NCBI GenBank assembly: GCA_039028835.1
Contig: JBCCHK010000008.1
Location: forward strand, 6,698-70,697
Length of the DNA: 64,000 nucleotides
Direction of reading: 5' to 3'
DNA from: Pseudomonadota bacterium
Lineage (GTDB): Bacteria > Pseudomonadota > Alphaproteobacteria > JBCCHK01
Of this stretch, positions 41,165 to 49,718 are shown one piece after another. The translations under genes were made by a program, and so were the position numbers. Position 1 is the stretch's first letter, and every line of letters begins with the position of its first letter. Under the pieces are notes generated by a model. It was not told the origin of the DNA. It made no database searches and saw nothing but the letters and a program-made list of their open reading frames with translations.

Positions 41165-41830
41165 TTACGAGTACACATCATAGATGGAAAAGAGCGAAGG
41201 CGCGAGCTCTGGTGCGGGCCGCAGGTCAATCAGGGTGATTTGGGTCGTCTGCTGGTGGGCGTCGACGATGGTCCAACCCTCCAAGGTAAGGTCGTCGTCA
41301 GCCTGGCGAAAGCTGAGTGTCACATAGCCTTGCTCGGGTGCGGTGGTGGAGATAAAGGTGGCAGCGAGGGAGTCTTGGGTGATGGATTTTTCTACCATGG
41401 CGAAGTCTTGCCCGAGCACGTCGGGGTTTGAGATGAGCGGATAGGCCAAGGTGTCAGCCAGATCGATAATCGTGCGGCTTTCAAGGGAGCGATCAAAAAA
41501 GGCAAGGACGTGACCGTTGGCGATAATCAAGTTGGGATTGGGCGGGTGGTAGTCCATGCGCAAAAAACCGCCCCGCTGGAGAAAGAAATTCCCTTGCGCG
41601 AGGGGCTCGCCTGGGGCGATTTGAATAAAGCCTGCTTGTAGGCTGTCTACCGCGCTTAGGTAGGTTTGGATGCGCGCAAGCACCTGCGCGTCGGTTTGGT
41701 TCTCGTTTGCTTGGGCTTGCCCCGCTGCGCCGATGGCAAACCCCAGGTAAAGGGCGAGCGCGAAGAGCGTTACGGTTTTCAGCGTATTTCTTAAAGGCGC
41801 AACAAGAAGGGCAAGGCAAGTTAAGGTCAT
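41165..41830 (-). CDS. lolA: Outer-membrane lipoprotein carrier protein LolA family.
   Basis: The signal peptide and the overall LolA-like composition support the call. The start is trimmed to the internal Met. Confidence 0.55.
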   Translation of the reverse strand: MTLTCLALLVAPLRNTLKTVTLFALALYLGFAIGAAGQAQANENQTDAQVLARIQTYLSAVDSLQAGFIQIAPGEPLAQGNFFLQRGGFLRMDYHPPNPNLIIANGHVLAFFDRSLESRTIIDLADTLAYPLISNPDVLGQDFAMVEKSITQDSLAATFISTTAPEQGYVTLSFRQADDDLTLEGWTIVDAHQQTTQITLIDLRPAPELAPSLFSIYDVYS

Positions 41831-42539
41831 TAGCGCGTGGGTATGATGATAAGGGGTCTTTAGGATGCGATAAGGCGGGCGTTTGGGCAAGGGGGTCGCA
41901 AGGGGGTCGTAAGAGGGTTTGGATAAGAGGGTTTGATGATCGTAGGCGGCGTGCTGAGGCGTTATAATTTTATAAAAAGAATAAAATAAAGAATAATCAA
42001 GGAGTTAAAAATTCATGTTTTTATTGACAAATGAGAAATTTTAATTCATTATAACAAAATAATGATGCCAAGATAAACCTACTTATCTCAAGATAAAAGG
42101 TCATCCTCGCATCAGCCGGCCCCACCTCGCCAGTCCCGGTTTGTACATTCATAACAATGTATGGCTCTGTTTTTCATATTGCTGATCGATCCCTTTTCAT
42201 ATCCTTTAGGGATCGATGAGCAAAACAAAGGGAGCAAACAAGGGCGATGTCATCTTAGGGCCGGTAGCCTCCTACTCTTTACAGTCTACCTAGACGTTTG
42301 ATGGCTTGTTTGTCGTGCCTTCGTGCACGACGAGCACCGTAAGAAGTGCGTAAGCGTTTCTTACATCTAATGAGCAACGAATAGACCTTAGGCGCTGGTG
42401 TGCCGGTTTTTTGTTCCGTGGCGAGCGTAATCTTATCAGTCATTTTCTTAAGGTGATGACGCTAGCACCACCAACAGAAAAAAGGTACCCCTCTCGCTTA
42501 AGGTCTATTCATCCAACAAAATAGAAAAAGGTTGTATGA

Positions 42540-43397
42540 ATGAGTACACAAATCAACAAATGGTTCATCGAAGAGTTTCAAACAGATGTCCATGCCGCTT
42601 ATCAACAGCAAGGGGCGCGTCTGCGTCATACCGTGAGAACAAAAAATAATGTCCGCGGCGAAAAAACACACTTCAACACAGCAGGTATCGTCGGTGTTGG
42701 CGATAAAGCACGCGGCGGTAACGTCCCCATTATCACCGGCGGCCGAGGCCGAGTCGAGTGCACCCTGATTTCAAAATATGGCGGCGACTATGTGGAAGAT
42801 ATCGATGAGCTGAAAACCAATATCGATGAAAAACAAGTCATCGCCATGTCTTTTGCTTGGGCGCATGGTCGCCATACGGACAATTTGATTATCGAGGCGA
42901 TCACCCAAGACACCAATACGCACCGGGTCAACGATGCAAACATCGCCACAGGCCTTAAGTCTGCCCATGTTCAAGAGGCGCTGGAAAAACTCAACCAAGC
43001 TGATGTGCCGGATGACGGCGCGCGCACGGCACTTGTCACGCCCCATGCGTGGGAAGAGCTTTTGGCTATCGATGCCTTTGCCAAGGCGGATTATATCGGC
43101 AAGGAGTCCTTGCCGTGGCTTGGTGGCTCGGAAGCCAAACGGTGGCGCAACTGTCTGTGGATGATGCATACCGGTTTGCCGATCAATACGGAAAACAAAG
43201 TCGCAAGCTGTGTGATTTTTCACAAAACTGCGGTCGGTCATGCGATTGGCAAGGAACTGGAAGCACAATGGTCTTGGGAAAATACAAAATCCGCATGGTT
43301 TTTGAATACCCGCATGTTGCAAGGGGCCTGTCTGATCGATCCTAAAGGTGTGGTGAAGATCCATGTCAAAAACAATCAACCCATCAGCACCTCATAA
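42540..43397 (+). CDS. Phage major capsid protein (T7 gp10-like).
   Basis: The C-terminal blocks 'VIFHKTAVGHAIGKEL' and 'MLQGACLIDPKGVVKIHV' parallel T7 gp10 'LFMHRSAVGTVKLRDL' and 'AMGHGGLRPEAAGAVVFKV', as recalled from memory. Confidence 0.6.
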   Translation: MSTQINKWFIEEFQTDVHAAYQQQGARLRHTVRTKNNVRGEKTHFNTAGIVGVGDKARGGNVPIITGGRGRVECTLISKYGGDYVEDIDELKTNIDEKQVIAMSFAWAHGRHTDNLIIEAITQDTNTHRVNDANIATGLKSAHVQEALEKLNQADVPDDGARTALVTPHAWEELLAIDAFAKADYIGKESLPWLGGSEAKRWRNCLWMMHTGLPINTENKVASCVIFHKTAVGHAIGKELEAQWSWENTKSAWFLNTRMLQGACLIDPKGVVKIHVKNNQPISTS

Positions 43398-43421
43398 CGA
43401 TCTATAGAAAGGACCTAATCA

Positions 43422-43667
43422 ATGGCTTTTAGTAAAAAAAATCTCGCGGCCATCGCGTACGCAGATGGACAAACCACTTGGCAATACAAAACCGATGATG
43501 ACGCAAATGCGATCCAGGGAAAAGGTTATTTTAATGATGCCTCCCATATGCTCAAGGAAAAGGATTTCATCCTTATCTCCTATAACGGCGGGTTTGCGAT
43601 TTATCAAGTCAAGACCAGCACCGGCGGTGCTGTGACGTTGGAAACGGCCAAGATCACGTCCGAATAG
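43422..43667 (+). CDS. Small phage protein (possible capsid decoration or minor capsid).
   Basis: It is 81 aa and sits in the gp10B-equivalent position. It has no motifs. Confidence 0.35.
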   Translation: MAFSKKNLAAIAYADGQTTWQYKTDDDANAIQGKGYFNDASHMLKEKDFILISYNGGFAIYQVKTSTGGAVTLETAKITSE

Positions 43668-43755
43668 CACATACAAAAACACAAAGGGGGAGGGAGAATC
43701 GGGTCTTTATCTCCTTACCTGATATCTTCCTCCCCCGACGTGCCCACCGGAGTCG

Positions 43756-44331
43756 ATGACAATGAATCCCTATCAACTATGCTCGCGCGCCTTGATTAAA
43801 ATCGGCGCCAACCCAATTCACAGTTTTCAAGAAGGCACAGCCGAATCAGACGTGGCGGGTCTTCTTTATGATATGACTCGCGATGGGTTGTTGTCCATGC
43901 ATCCGTGGTCTTTTGCCACGGCCCATAAATCTTTGCCGCGCCTACAAGCGCCACCCCTTGCCGATTACAGCTATGCCTATCAACTTCCTGTTGATTTTTT
44001 GCGTGCCCTTTCGGTGGGGAATCACGATCTGAACACGGCGCAAAGGGGTGATTACCGTATCCATCAAAACCTGATCCATACGGACCTCACACAAGTCATG
44101 CTCAGTTATATTTTTAGGCCGTCTGAGGATTCATTACCGCCTTTTTTTCTGGGAGCGCTTATCACGCGCCTCGCGGCGGAGTTTTGCTTGCCAATCACCG
44201 AAAATACGTCGCGCGCCAAAGAGCTTTACAGACTCGCCCAAGACGAGCTGCGCCTTGCTAAGGGAATCGATAGCCAACAGCAAATCCCGCGTCAGCTTAG
44301 TGACTTTACCCTCATTAACGTACGAGGATAG
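43756..44331 (+). CDS. Phage tail tubular protein A (T7 gp11-like).
   Basis: It is 191 aa against 196 aa for T7 gp11. The N-terminal pattern 'ALIKIGANPIHSFQEGTAESDVAGLL...HPWSF' matches T7 '[28 protein letters not shown]...RGWTF'. Confidence 0.6.
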   Translation: MTMNPYQLCSRALIKIGANPIHSFQEGTAESDVAGLLYDMTRDGLLSMHPWSFATAHKSLPRLQAPPLADYSYAYQLPVDFLRALSVGNHDLNTAQRGDYRIHQNLIHTDLTQVMLSYIFRPSEDSLPPFFLGALITRLAAEFCLPITENTSRAKELYRLAQDELRLAKGIDSQQQIPRQLSDFTLINVRG

Positions 44332-44336
44332 CCATC

Positions 44337-46067
44337 ATGGGTCGTGCCCCCGTACAACAATTCAGTTTCACCTCAGGTATGTTGGATGACTCGCTGGAGG
44401 CTCGCTCTGATCTTGCGTCGTACTACAGCGGTGGGCGTGAAATCCTTAACATGCTGATCTTACCCCAAGGAGGACTTTATACCCGTAGCGGTCTTGCCTT
44501 CATCAGCGAGCAACCCGAAGCCTTTGCGGGTGCTCGGCTCGCACGTTTTGAGTTTTCACCAGCGCAGCGATATTTGCATGTATTTACTCATAGAAAACTT
44601 CATGTTTATTACCAAGATAAACCCGTTGCGACTATCGCCACACCCTGGACAACGCAGCAATTAGCGCAGATAGATTGGGCACAGTCACTCGATACGATGA
44701 TTGTCGTGCATCCCGATGTGCCACCCCAGAAAATTATGCGCGCCGGCGCGCATAACAGCTGGTCTTGTGGGCCGCTTACCCTTAAAAACGTTCCTAAGCA
44801 TACGTTTGCTGGCACGCGCAAAGAAGCGGCGTGGTCTGATGCGCGAGGTTGGCCCCGCAGCGTGTGCCTTTATCAGGGGCGGATGTATTTTGGTGGATCA
44901 AAAGGTCGTCCGCAAACCATCTGGGGTTCCAGTTCTAATCATTTTTTTGATTTTAGGGTCACGAGCGGCCAGCCATTGGATGATGACTCGGTGGAGATGA
45001 CATTGGATAGCGATCAGATTGCTACCTTTGAGCAACTCTATCCTCGCGCCGGGTTGCTTGCGTTTACGACTAGCGGCTTGTTTTTCCAAAAAGAAAGTCC
45101 AGTCACGCCAAAAAACTTTATTTTTAGCCGGCACGTCAATTTGCCAGCCGCAAGGATTAAACCCGTCGAGTTAGAAGGGGAGATCCTGTTCGTCCGTCGC
45201 GGCGAGGACGGCCACCATCAATCGGTTCATGAACTGGTATTTGATGAGGGTCGGCAGATTTACACAACCCAGGACATTGCGCTGCTTTCATCAAGGCTCA
45301 TGCGCGCGCCGATCCGTATGGCGGCCCGTTATGGTGATGAATCACAGTCCAATCATCATCTTTATATCGTGAATGGGCGCGATGGTACGCTCGCTGTTTT
45401 TAATTCACGGCGCAAACAAAACGTCAGCGGCTGGAGCTTGCTCCAGACTGCAGGAAAATTCAAAGATATCGCTGTGCTCGGAACGCATGTCTACTTTCTT
45501 GTCGAGCGCACAATTAATAATAAACGCAAGGTTTTTATAGAAAAAATGGATCCTGAACATAGATTGGATTTCTCAATACGGCAAACATCTAAAACAGCAA
45601 AGACTGACTGGTCTGGATTATCTCATCTTTCTGGCATGACAGTTCATGTTATGGGCAATGGGGTCGATATGGGGGTTCAATCTGTTGAAGATGGGCAAAT
45701 ACGAACGCCCCATCCTGTCAATGATATGCAGGCCGGTTTGGCCTTTGATTGGGCGGTGGAGACCATGCCGCTTGCGGCCAAACTTGCTGATGGCTCTCTT
45801 GTCGCGGCGCGTCACCGCATCGTGCAAGCAGGCATTTATGTGCAAGACACGATTACGCTTAAGGTCAATGGCCGGGCGGTATCGTTTGCACGACTCGATA
45901 AACCAGGGATATTGGATGCACCACCAACGCCTTTTACGGGATTAAAAACCGTTCGGTTTTTTGGCTGGTCAGGCGGGGCTCACTCGCGGGGCGGCGGTAC
46001 GGTGCGATTAACAGGAACATCAACGGGACCGGCAACGATCCTATCTATAACAGCGGAGGTATCCTAA
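44337..46067 (+). CDS. Phage tail tubular protein B-like (gp12 position).
   Basis: It is a large protein immediately after gp11-like and translationally coupled to it. The call rests on synteny only. Confidence 0.45.
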   Translation: MGRAPVQQFSFTSGMLDDSLEARSDLASYYSGGREILNMLILPQGGLYTRSGLAFISEQPEAFAGARLARFEFSPAQRYLHVFTHRKLHVYYQDKPVATIATPWTTQQLAQIDWAQSLDTMIVVHPDVPPQKIMRAGAHNSWSCGPLTLKNVPKHTFAGTRKEAAWSDARGWPRSVCLYQGRMYFGGSKGRPQTIWGSSSNHFFDFRVTSGQPLDDDSVEMTLDSDQIATFEQLYPRAGLLAFTTSGLFFQKESPVTPKNFIFSRHVNLPAARIKPVELEGEILFVRRGEDGHHQSVHELVFDEGRQIYTTQDIALLSSRLMRAPIRMAARYGDESQSNHHLYIVNGRDGTLAVFNSRRKQNVSGWSLLQTAGKFKDIAVLGTHVYFLVERTINNKRKVFIEKMDPEHRLDFSIRQTSKTAKTDWSGLSHLSGMTVHVMGNGVDMGVQSVEDGQIRTPHPVNDMQAGLAFDWAVETMPLAAKLADGSLVAARHRIVQAGIYVQDTITLKVNGRAVSFARLDKPGILDAPPTPFTGLKTVRFFGWSGGAHSRGGGTVRLTGTSTGPATILSITAEVS

Positions 46068-46069
46068 TC

Positions 46070-46465
46070 ATGGGTGGAAGTTTTATCTATAAGGCCCTTC
46101 CCTTGGCCCTTGGCGCAAGCCAACAAAACCAAGCAATACGGGCGCAAGAGCAGCAAGCACGTTTGCAAGCATCCCAGCGCCAGCTGACGCTCGCGCAACG
46201 TAAACAAGAACAGCAGCGTAAATTGCGTGAGTCTCTAGCTACACAAAACAATCGGTATGCGGCCATGGGCGTAAGCCGAAGAAGTGGCTCGGCGCACCGC
46301 CTTGCACGCGCAACGCAAAGCGACTCCCATCGCGCGCTTGGCCTGCTCACGCAAAAAGGCGAGAACGAAGATACTCGCCATCGCCTTACCTTACAAGGAC
46401 TCAAACACAAGCGACATTCTTTGTATAGAAAATCTATGTTTGATCTTCTCAAAAGAGAGCGCTAA
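46070..46465 (+). CDS. Phage hypothetical protein with a Gln/Arg-rich coiled N-terminus.
   Basis: Its position after the tail tubular genes is the only support, and it has no motifs. Confidence 0.35.
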   Translation: MGGSFIYKALPLALGASQQNQAIRAQEQQARLQASQRQLTLAQRKQEQQRKLRESLATQNNRYAAMGVSRRSGSAHRLARATQSDSHRALGLLTQKGENEDTRHRLTLQGLKHKRHSLYRKSMFDLLKRER

Positions 46466-46474
46466 CGGCCTACG

Positions 46475-46681
46475 ATGAATAAAATACGCAAAACCTATGA
46501 AGAAGGCTTACAAGAAGGACGAATTGAAGCCATGAAAAGTACCCTTGACCGGCACGATCTTCGCCTAACCGATCATGCGCGACGTCTGCAAATCCTAGAA
46601 CGGCTGTTTTGGGCATGCGTTGGGATTGTCGCCTTTGTGCAGGTCTGGCCAGACCTGCAACGTTTTCTTTTAGGTGATTGA
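46475..46681 (+). CDS. Small phage membrane protein (holin or antiholin candidate).
   Basis: A coiled N-terminus is followed by a single C-terminal TM 'LFWACVGIVAFVQVW'. It overlaps the endolysin start. Confidence 0.35.
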   Translation: MNKIRKTYEEGLQEGRIEAMKSTLDRHDLRLTDHARRLQILERLFWACVGIVAFVQVWPDLQRFLLGD

Positions 46682-47241
46682 CAATGAGCATAGAAAAAAG
46701 GCCACAAATAAACACAGAAACGATGATTGATGATGTGATCTCCCGTGAGGGCGGTTTCGTCAATCATCCTGATGATCGGGGCGGGGCGACAAACTATGGT
46801 ATTACCCAGGCAACTCTCTCGGCTTGGCTTGGCCGGCGTGCGCGGCTCGCCGAAGTACAGAATCTTGATATCGATACTGCACGGGCGATTTATGCGAGGC
46901 GATATCTGTCAGCGCCGCGCATCGATACGCTCACTCAAAGGATTGTGCCCTTTGTTTTTGATACGGCGGTATTGCATGGTCCGCGCAGTGCGATCCGGCT
47001 TCTTCAGCGGGTGCTGAACCGGGCAGGATTTGGCAAGGTTTGTGTCGATGGCGTGATCGGCCCGCAAACCCGCAAGGCTTGCGAGGCCGCCGATCGTGTG
47101 ATGGGCCCTTACCTGCTTGATGCGTTGTGTGAGCAGCGCCGGGCAATCTATCACCGCATTGTTGCGAGAAATCCTTCACAAAAGGTTTTTCTTCGTGGCT
47201 GGCTTAACAGACTTAAACATTTTAAGGATGAAACATCATGA
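46678..47241 (+). CDS. Endolysin of the GH108 family with a C-terminal PG_binding_3 domain.
   Basis: 'VISREGGFVNHPDDRGGATNYGITQATL' is the GH108 N-terminal signature with its catalytic Glu. 'VDGVIGPQT' is peptidoglycan-binding-like. Confidence 0.75.
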   Translation: MTMSIEKRPQINTETMIDDVISREGGFVNHPDDRGGATNYGITQATLSAWLGRRARLAEVQNLDIDTARAIYARRYLSAPRIDTLTQRIVPFVFDTAVLHGPRSAIRLLQRVLNRAGFGKVCVDGVIGPQTRKACEAADRVMGPYLLDALCEQRRAIYHRIVARNPSQKVFLRGWLNRLKHFKDETS

Positions 47242-47831
47242 ATCTACTTGCAGGACTACAAGGACTTCTCACCGGCGGCAAGTTCGCCCTCCCTGAGATT
47301 GCCAAGATCATCAAACCGCTCGCTGGTGATCGCGGCCAACGCGATCAAGCGGCGCATCAAGAAAATATCGCAACCTATGACCAATTCAAAGCGGAGTTTC
47401 AAAACAGCGGGATGACCTGGTTTGATCGTGTCGTTAATGGTTTTAATCGCTTGCCGCGGCCGGTTATTGTAAGTTTGGTTATTCTATATTTTATTCTGTC
47501 TTTTGTGGATCCGTTGCTGTTTCAACAGATCAACAATGGATTGGATAGCGTGCCTGATAATATGTGGATTATCGCGGGCGGGATTATCAGCTTTTATTTT
47601 GTCGTGCGTGAGATTAACCACAAGCGCATGTCGCAATCAGCCAAAGAGTTTGACCAGCGCATGGCGCGCCATGATGCGCTGCAAGAGCGGCGCCAAAACC
47701 GGCAACGCCAAGCACAAGAGATACATCAAGAGGGCGCGCAATTTGATCCGGCGCAAACCGATCATGACTTTGCCAATGAGCAAGCAAACCACGGGCAAGA
47801 ATCGCAGCCAGACGAGCCACGCGCGGGCTAG
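47238..47831 (+). CDS. Phage holin (3TM/GTA-holin-like membrane protein).
   Basis: The TM helices are 'RPVIVSLVILYFILSFV' and 'MWIIAGGIISFYFVV', followed by a charged C-terminal tail. It is coupled to the endolysin. Confidence 0.5.
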   Translation: MNLLAGLQGLLTGGKFALPEIAKIIKPLAGDRGQRDQAAHQENIATYDQFKAEFQNSGMTWFDRVVNGFNRLPRPVIVSLVILYFILSFVDPLLFQQINNGLDSVPDNMWIIAGGIISFYFVVREINHKRMSQSAKEFDQRMARHDALQERRQNRQRQAQEIHQEGAQFDPAQTDHDFANEQANHGQESQPDEPRAG

Positions 47832-48721
47832 CCCATAGGCTTGGCACGCATTTTTGTGCGCTTGCCTAGCACGTGGGCGACTTGCGCTATTGCGGGCGAG
47901 TCGAAGGATAAGAGAGACAAGACAGACTGGTCATAGTGACTAAATGCGGTGGCTTCTTCACAAGAGCAGCCAAACCATACCGGTTGGCGGTGGATCGTTG
48001 TCTCCATGTGGGCGCGTGGTTGGTTGGTGGTCGCGGCCGCAAGGGAGAGGGCTGGCGGTGTTTCGTGCTTGTTCTTCCCTTGGCGAGTATAGACGAGTCC
48101 TTGTTGTTGGGCTGCACGACTGGACTTCGCCCAGGTTATTTTTTTATGCTGGCAGTGGATCAGCACGCACGTTCGGCTGGTATGCTCAATCCAGCGCAGG
48201 GCCATGGCAACCAGTGATACGCCATAGTGATCGGCGCAGGCGCTCAAGTCTTCAAGGTCAATATGCTCATTAGCGGGTAGCGTAGAGCGCAGGTCATCGA
48301 TGGGCATGAGCAAAGCCGAGGCGAAGTTGTTGGCCTGATGTTCTACTTGCGAATAGGTGGCCCAGGTAAAATCCTCATCGCGGCAATGTAACCCTTTGGG
48401 ATAGGTGGCGCGGTGCATGAGGTAATGGCCGAACTCGTGGGCGAGGGTGAAGCGGATGCGCCCTTGGGATTTGATATCGTGGTTATAGATAATGCCCCAT
48501 CCTTTCTCGCCGCGCGGATCAGGGATGAGCCCGCCATCAAAGCCGGGCAAGGATGCCCCTTTGATCATGGTGATGGCATCAGTGGGGTATTTAAGAGCAG
48601 TATAGGATTTTGCAAGACGTGCGACGTTAACGGGAAACCTATTCTCGCCGGTGGTGCGTTTGTGGGCAAGCGAGATGATGCTTGCCCACCTGTGTGGCGG
48701 ATGGGAGGCCGGTTGCGTCAT
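47828..48721 (-). CDS. ImmA/IrrE-family metallopeptidase (DUF955) with an extended Cys-containing C-terminus.
   Basis: The HEXXH motif 'LAHEFGHYLMH' is present. It lies downstream of an XRE regulator on the same strand. Confidence 0.75.
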   Translation of the reverse strand: MTQPASHPPHRWASIISLAHKRTTGENRFPVNVARLAKSYTALKYPTDAITMIKGASLPGFDGGLIPDPRGEKGWGIIYNHDIKSQGRIRFTLAHEFGHYLMHRATYPKGLHCRDEDFTWATYSQVEHQANNFASALLMPIDDLRSTLPANEHIDLEDLSACADHYGVSLVAMALRWIEHTSRTCVLIHCQHKKITWAKSSRAAQQQGLVYTRQGKNKHETPPALSLAAATTNQPRAHMETTIHRQPVWFGCSCEEATAFSHYDQSVLSLLSFDSPAIAQVAHVLGKRTKMRAKPMG

Positions 48722-48744
48722 GGTGTTGTTGTTGACCGAAGTTA

Positions 48745-49152
48745 CTACCAGAGTTCCGCAATTTTACGGATTTTCTTTTTCACATCGGGTGAGAGTTTAC
48801 GATATTTGCGAAAGAACATTTGATCGACCGCATCGGCTTCCTTGATTTTATCTTCGTCATCGAGAAGATAGTTAATTGTGACGCCAAGGGCAGCGGCAAT
48901 TTTCAAGAGTTTGTCTGCGGACGGGTGTGGGAGGTTATTGTTTTCTATTTCCCAAATGTGGCTTTTGCTGGAGTCCGTCAAGTTGGCAAGGGTGTCCAGG
49001 GTGAAGCTCTTTTCTTTGCGCAGCTTGTAGATTTTATCGCCGAGGGTCTCTCTTCCTCTGCTGATGATGCGCTTGGCGGGTGGCCGCCCGCGCGGGCGCT
49101 TGGGTTTGCTTGGTTTTAGTATGGGCTTGAGTCTTGTGGCTGCTTTGGGCAT
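48745..49152 (-). CDS. XRE-family HTH transcriptional regulator (phage repressor-like) with an N-terminal AT-hook-like basic segment.
   Basis: The HTH is 'FTLDTLANLTDSSKSHIWEIENNNLPHPSADKLLKIAAALGVTINYLL'. The N-terminus carries 'KPKRPRGRPPAKR'. The start is trimmed to an internal Met. Confidence 0.7.
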   Translation of the reverse strand: MPKAATRLKPILKPSKPKRPRGRPPAKRIISRGRETLGDKIYKLRKEKSFTLDTLANLTDSSKSHIWEIENNNLPHPSADKLLKIAAALGVTINYLLDDEDKIKEADAVDQMFFRKYRKLSPDVKKKIRKIAELW

Positions 49153-49718
49153 GAGTATCTCCTCGTCATCATGGGTCAAGGCTACGTTACTGGCTTTTGA
49201 TAAAGGCGCATACCTCAAGGGGGCTTTCCAGAGGCTTACCTATTCACTTTACATAAATCAAAATACCCGATGAACGCAAGGGTTTTCTTTTGATTTTTGC
49301 GATTTTCGTCCATTTTATCACGCATTTTTTCATTATTTTTTCCAAAAGATGAAAATAATTTTATATTTTAAACAATACACCTATGGCTCGGGCATGTAAG
49401 GCCTTTATTTCGACTCCCTTCCCGTCATTCCTGCGTAGGCCGGAATCCAGGAGATGGTGCAACCCACACGATATCTGCAAAGACATGCGCGTCGATGTTA
49501 GCAAGCGCCAATGGATCATGAACCCTTGGTCAAGGCCGGTCTTGGCCAGACGGGCAGGATTCCGTGTTGTATCTGTGCTTGTGGTCACCCACGTGAGGTC
49601 CCGAGTAAGCACCGTGGTTGTTGCTAAGGCCGCGCCTTGCCGGTCTCTTGCGCTACCTCCCTAATCGATCTTTAATGGAAGGCTGATAGCTCACCTTTTC
49701 CACAACCCTGAGGCTTTT

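Larger units (their letters stand above)
42540..49152. mobile_element. Defective T7-like prophage remnant. It carries a structural gene block, a lysis gene block and an XRE/ImmA control pair.
   Basis: The GC content is lower than the host's. It encodes capsid gp10-like, tail tubular gp11-like and gp12-like proteins, a GH108 endolysin, a 3TM holin and an ImmA/IrrE plus XRE pair. No portal, terminase, polymerase or integrase is present. AT-rich boundaries lie at 41.9-42.5 kb and 49.2-49.4 kb. Confidence 0.65.

Noticed and set aside
49383-49664. A 93-aa ORF in the XRE-lldD intergenic region.
   Set aside because: Its Arg/Pro/Val-rich composition shows no motif or RBS. The region is better treated as non-coding, as described in the findings.
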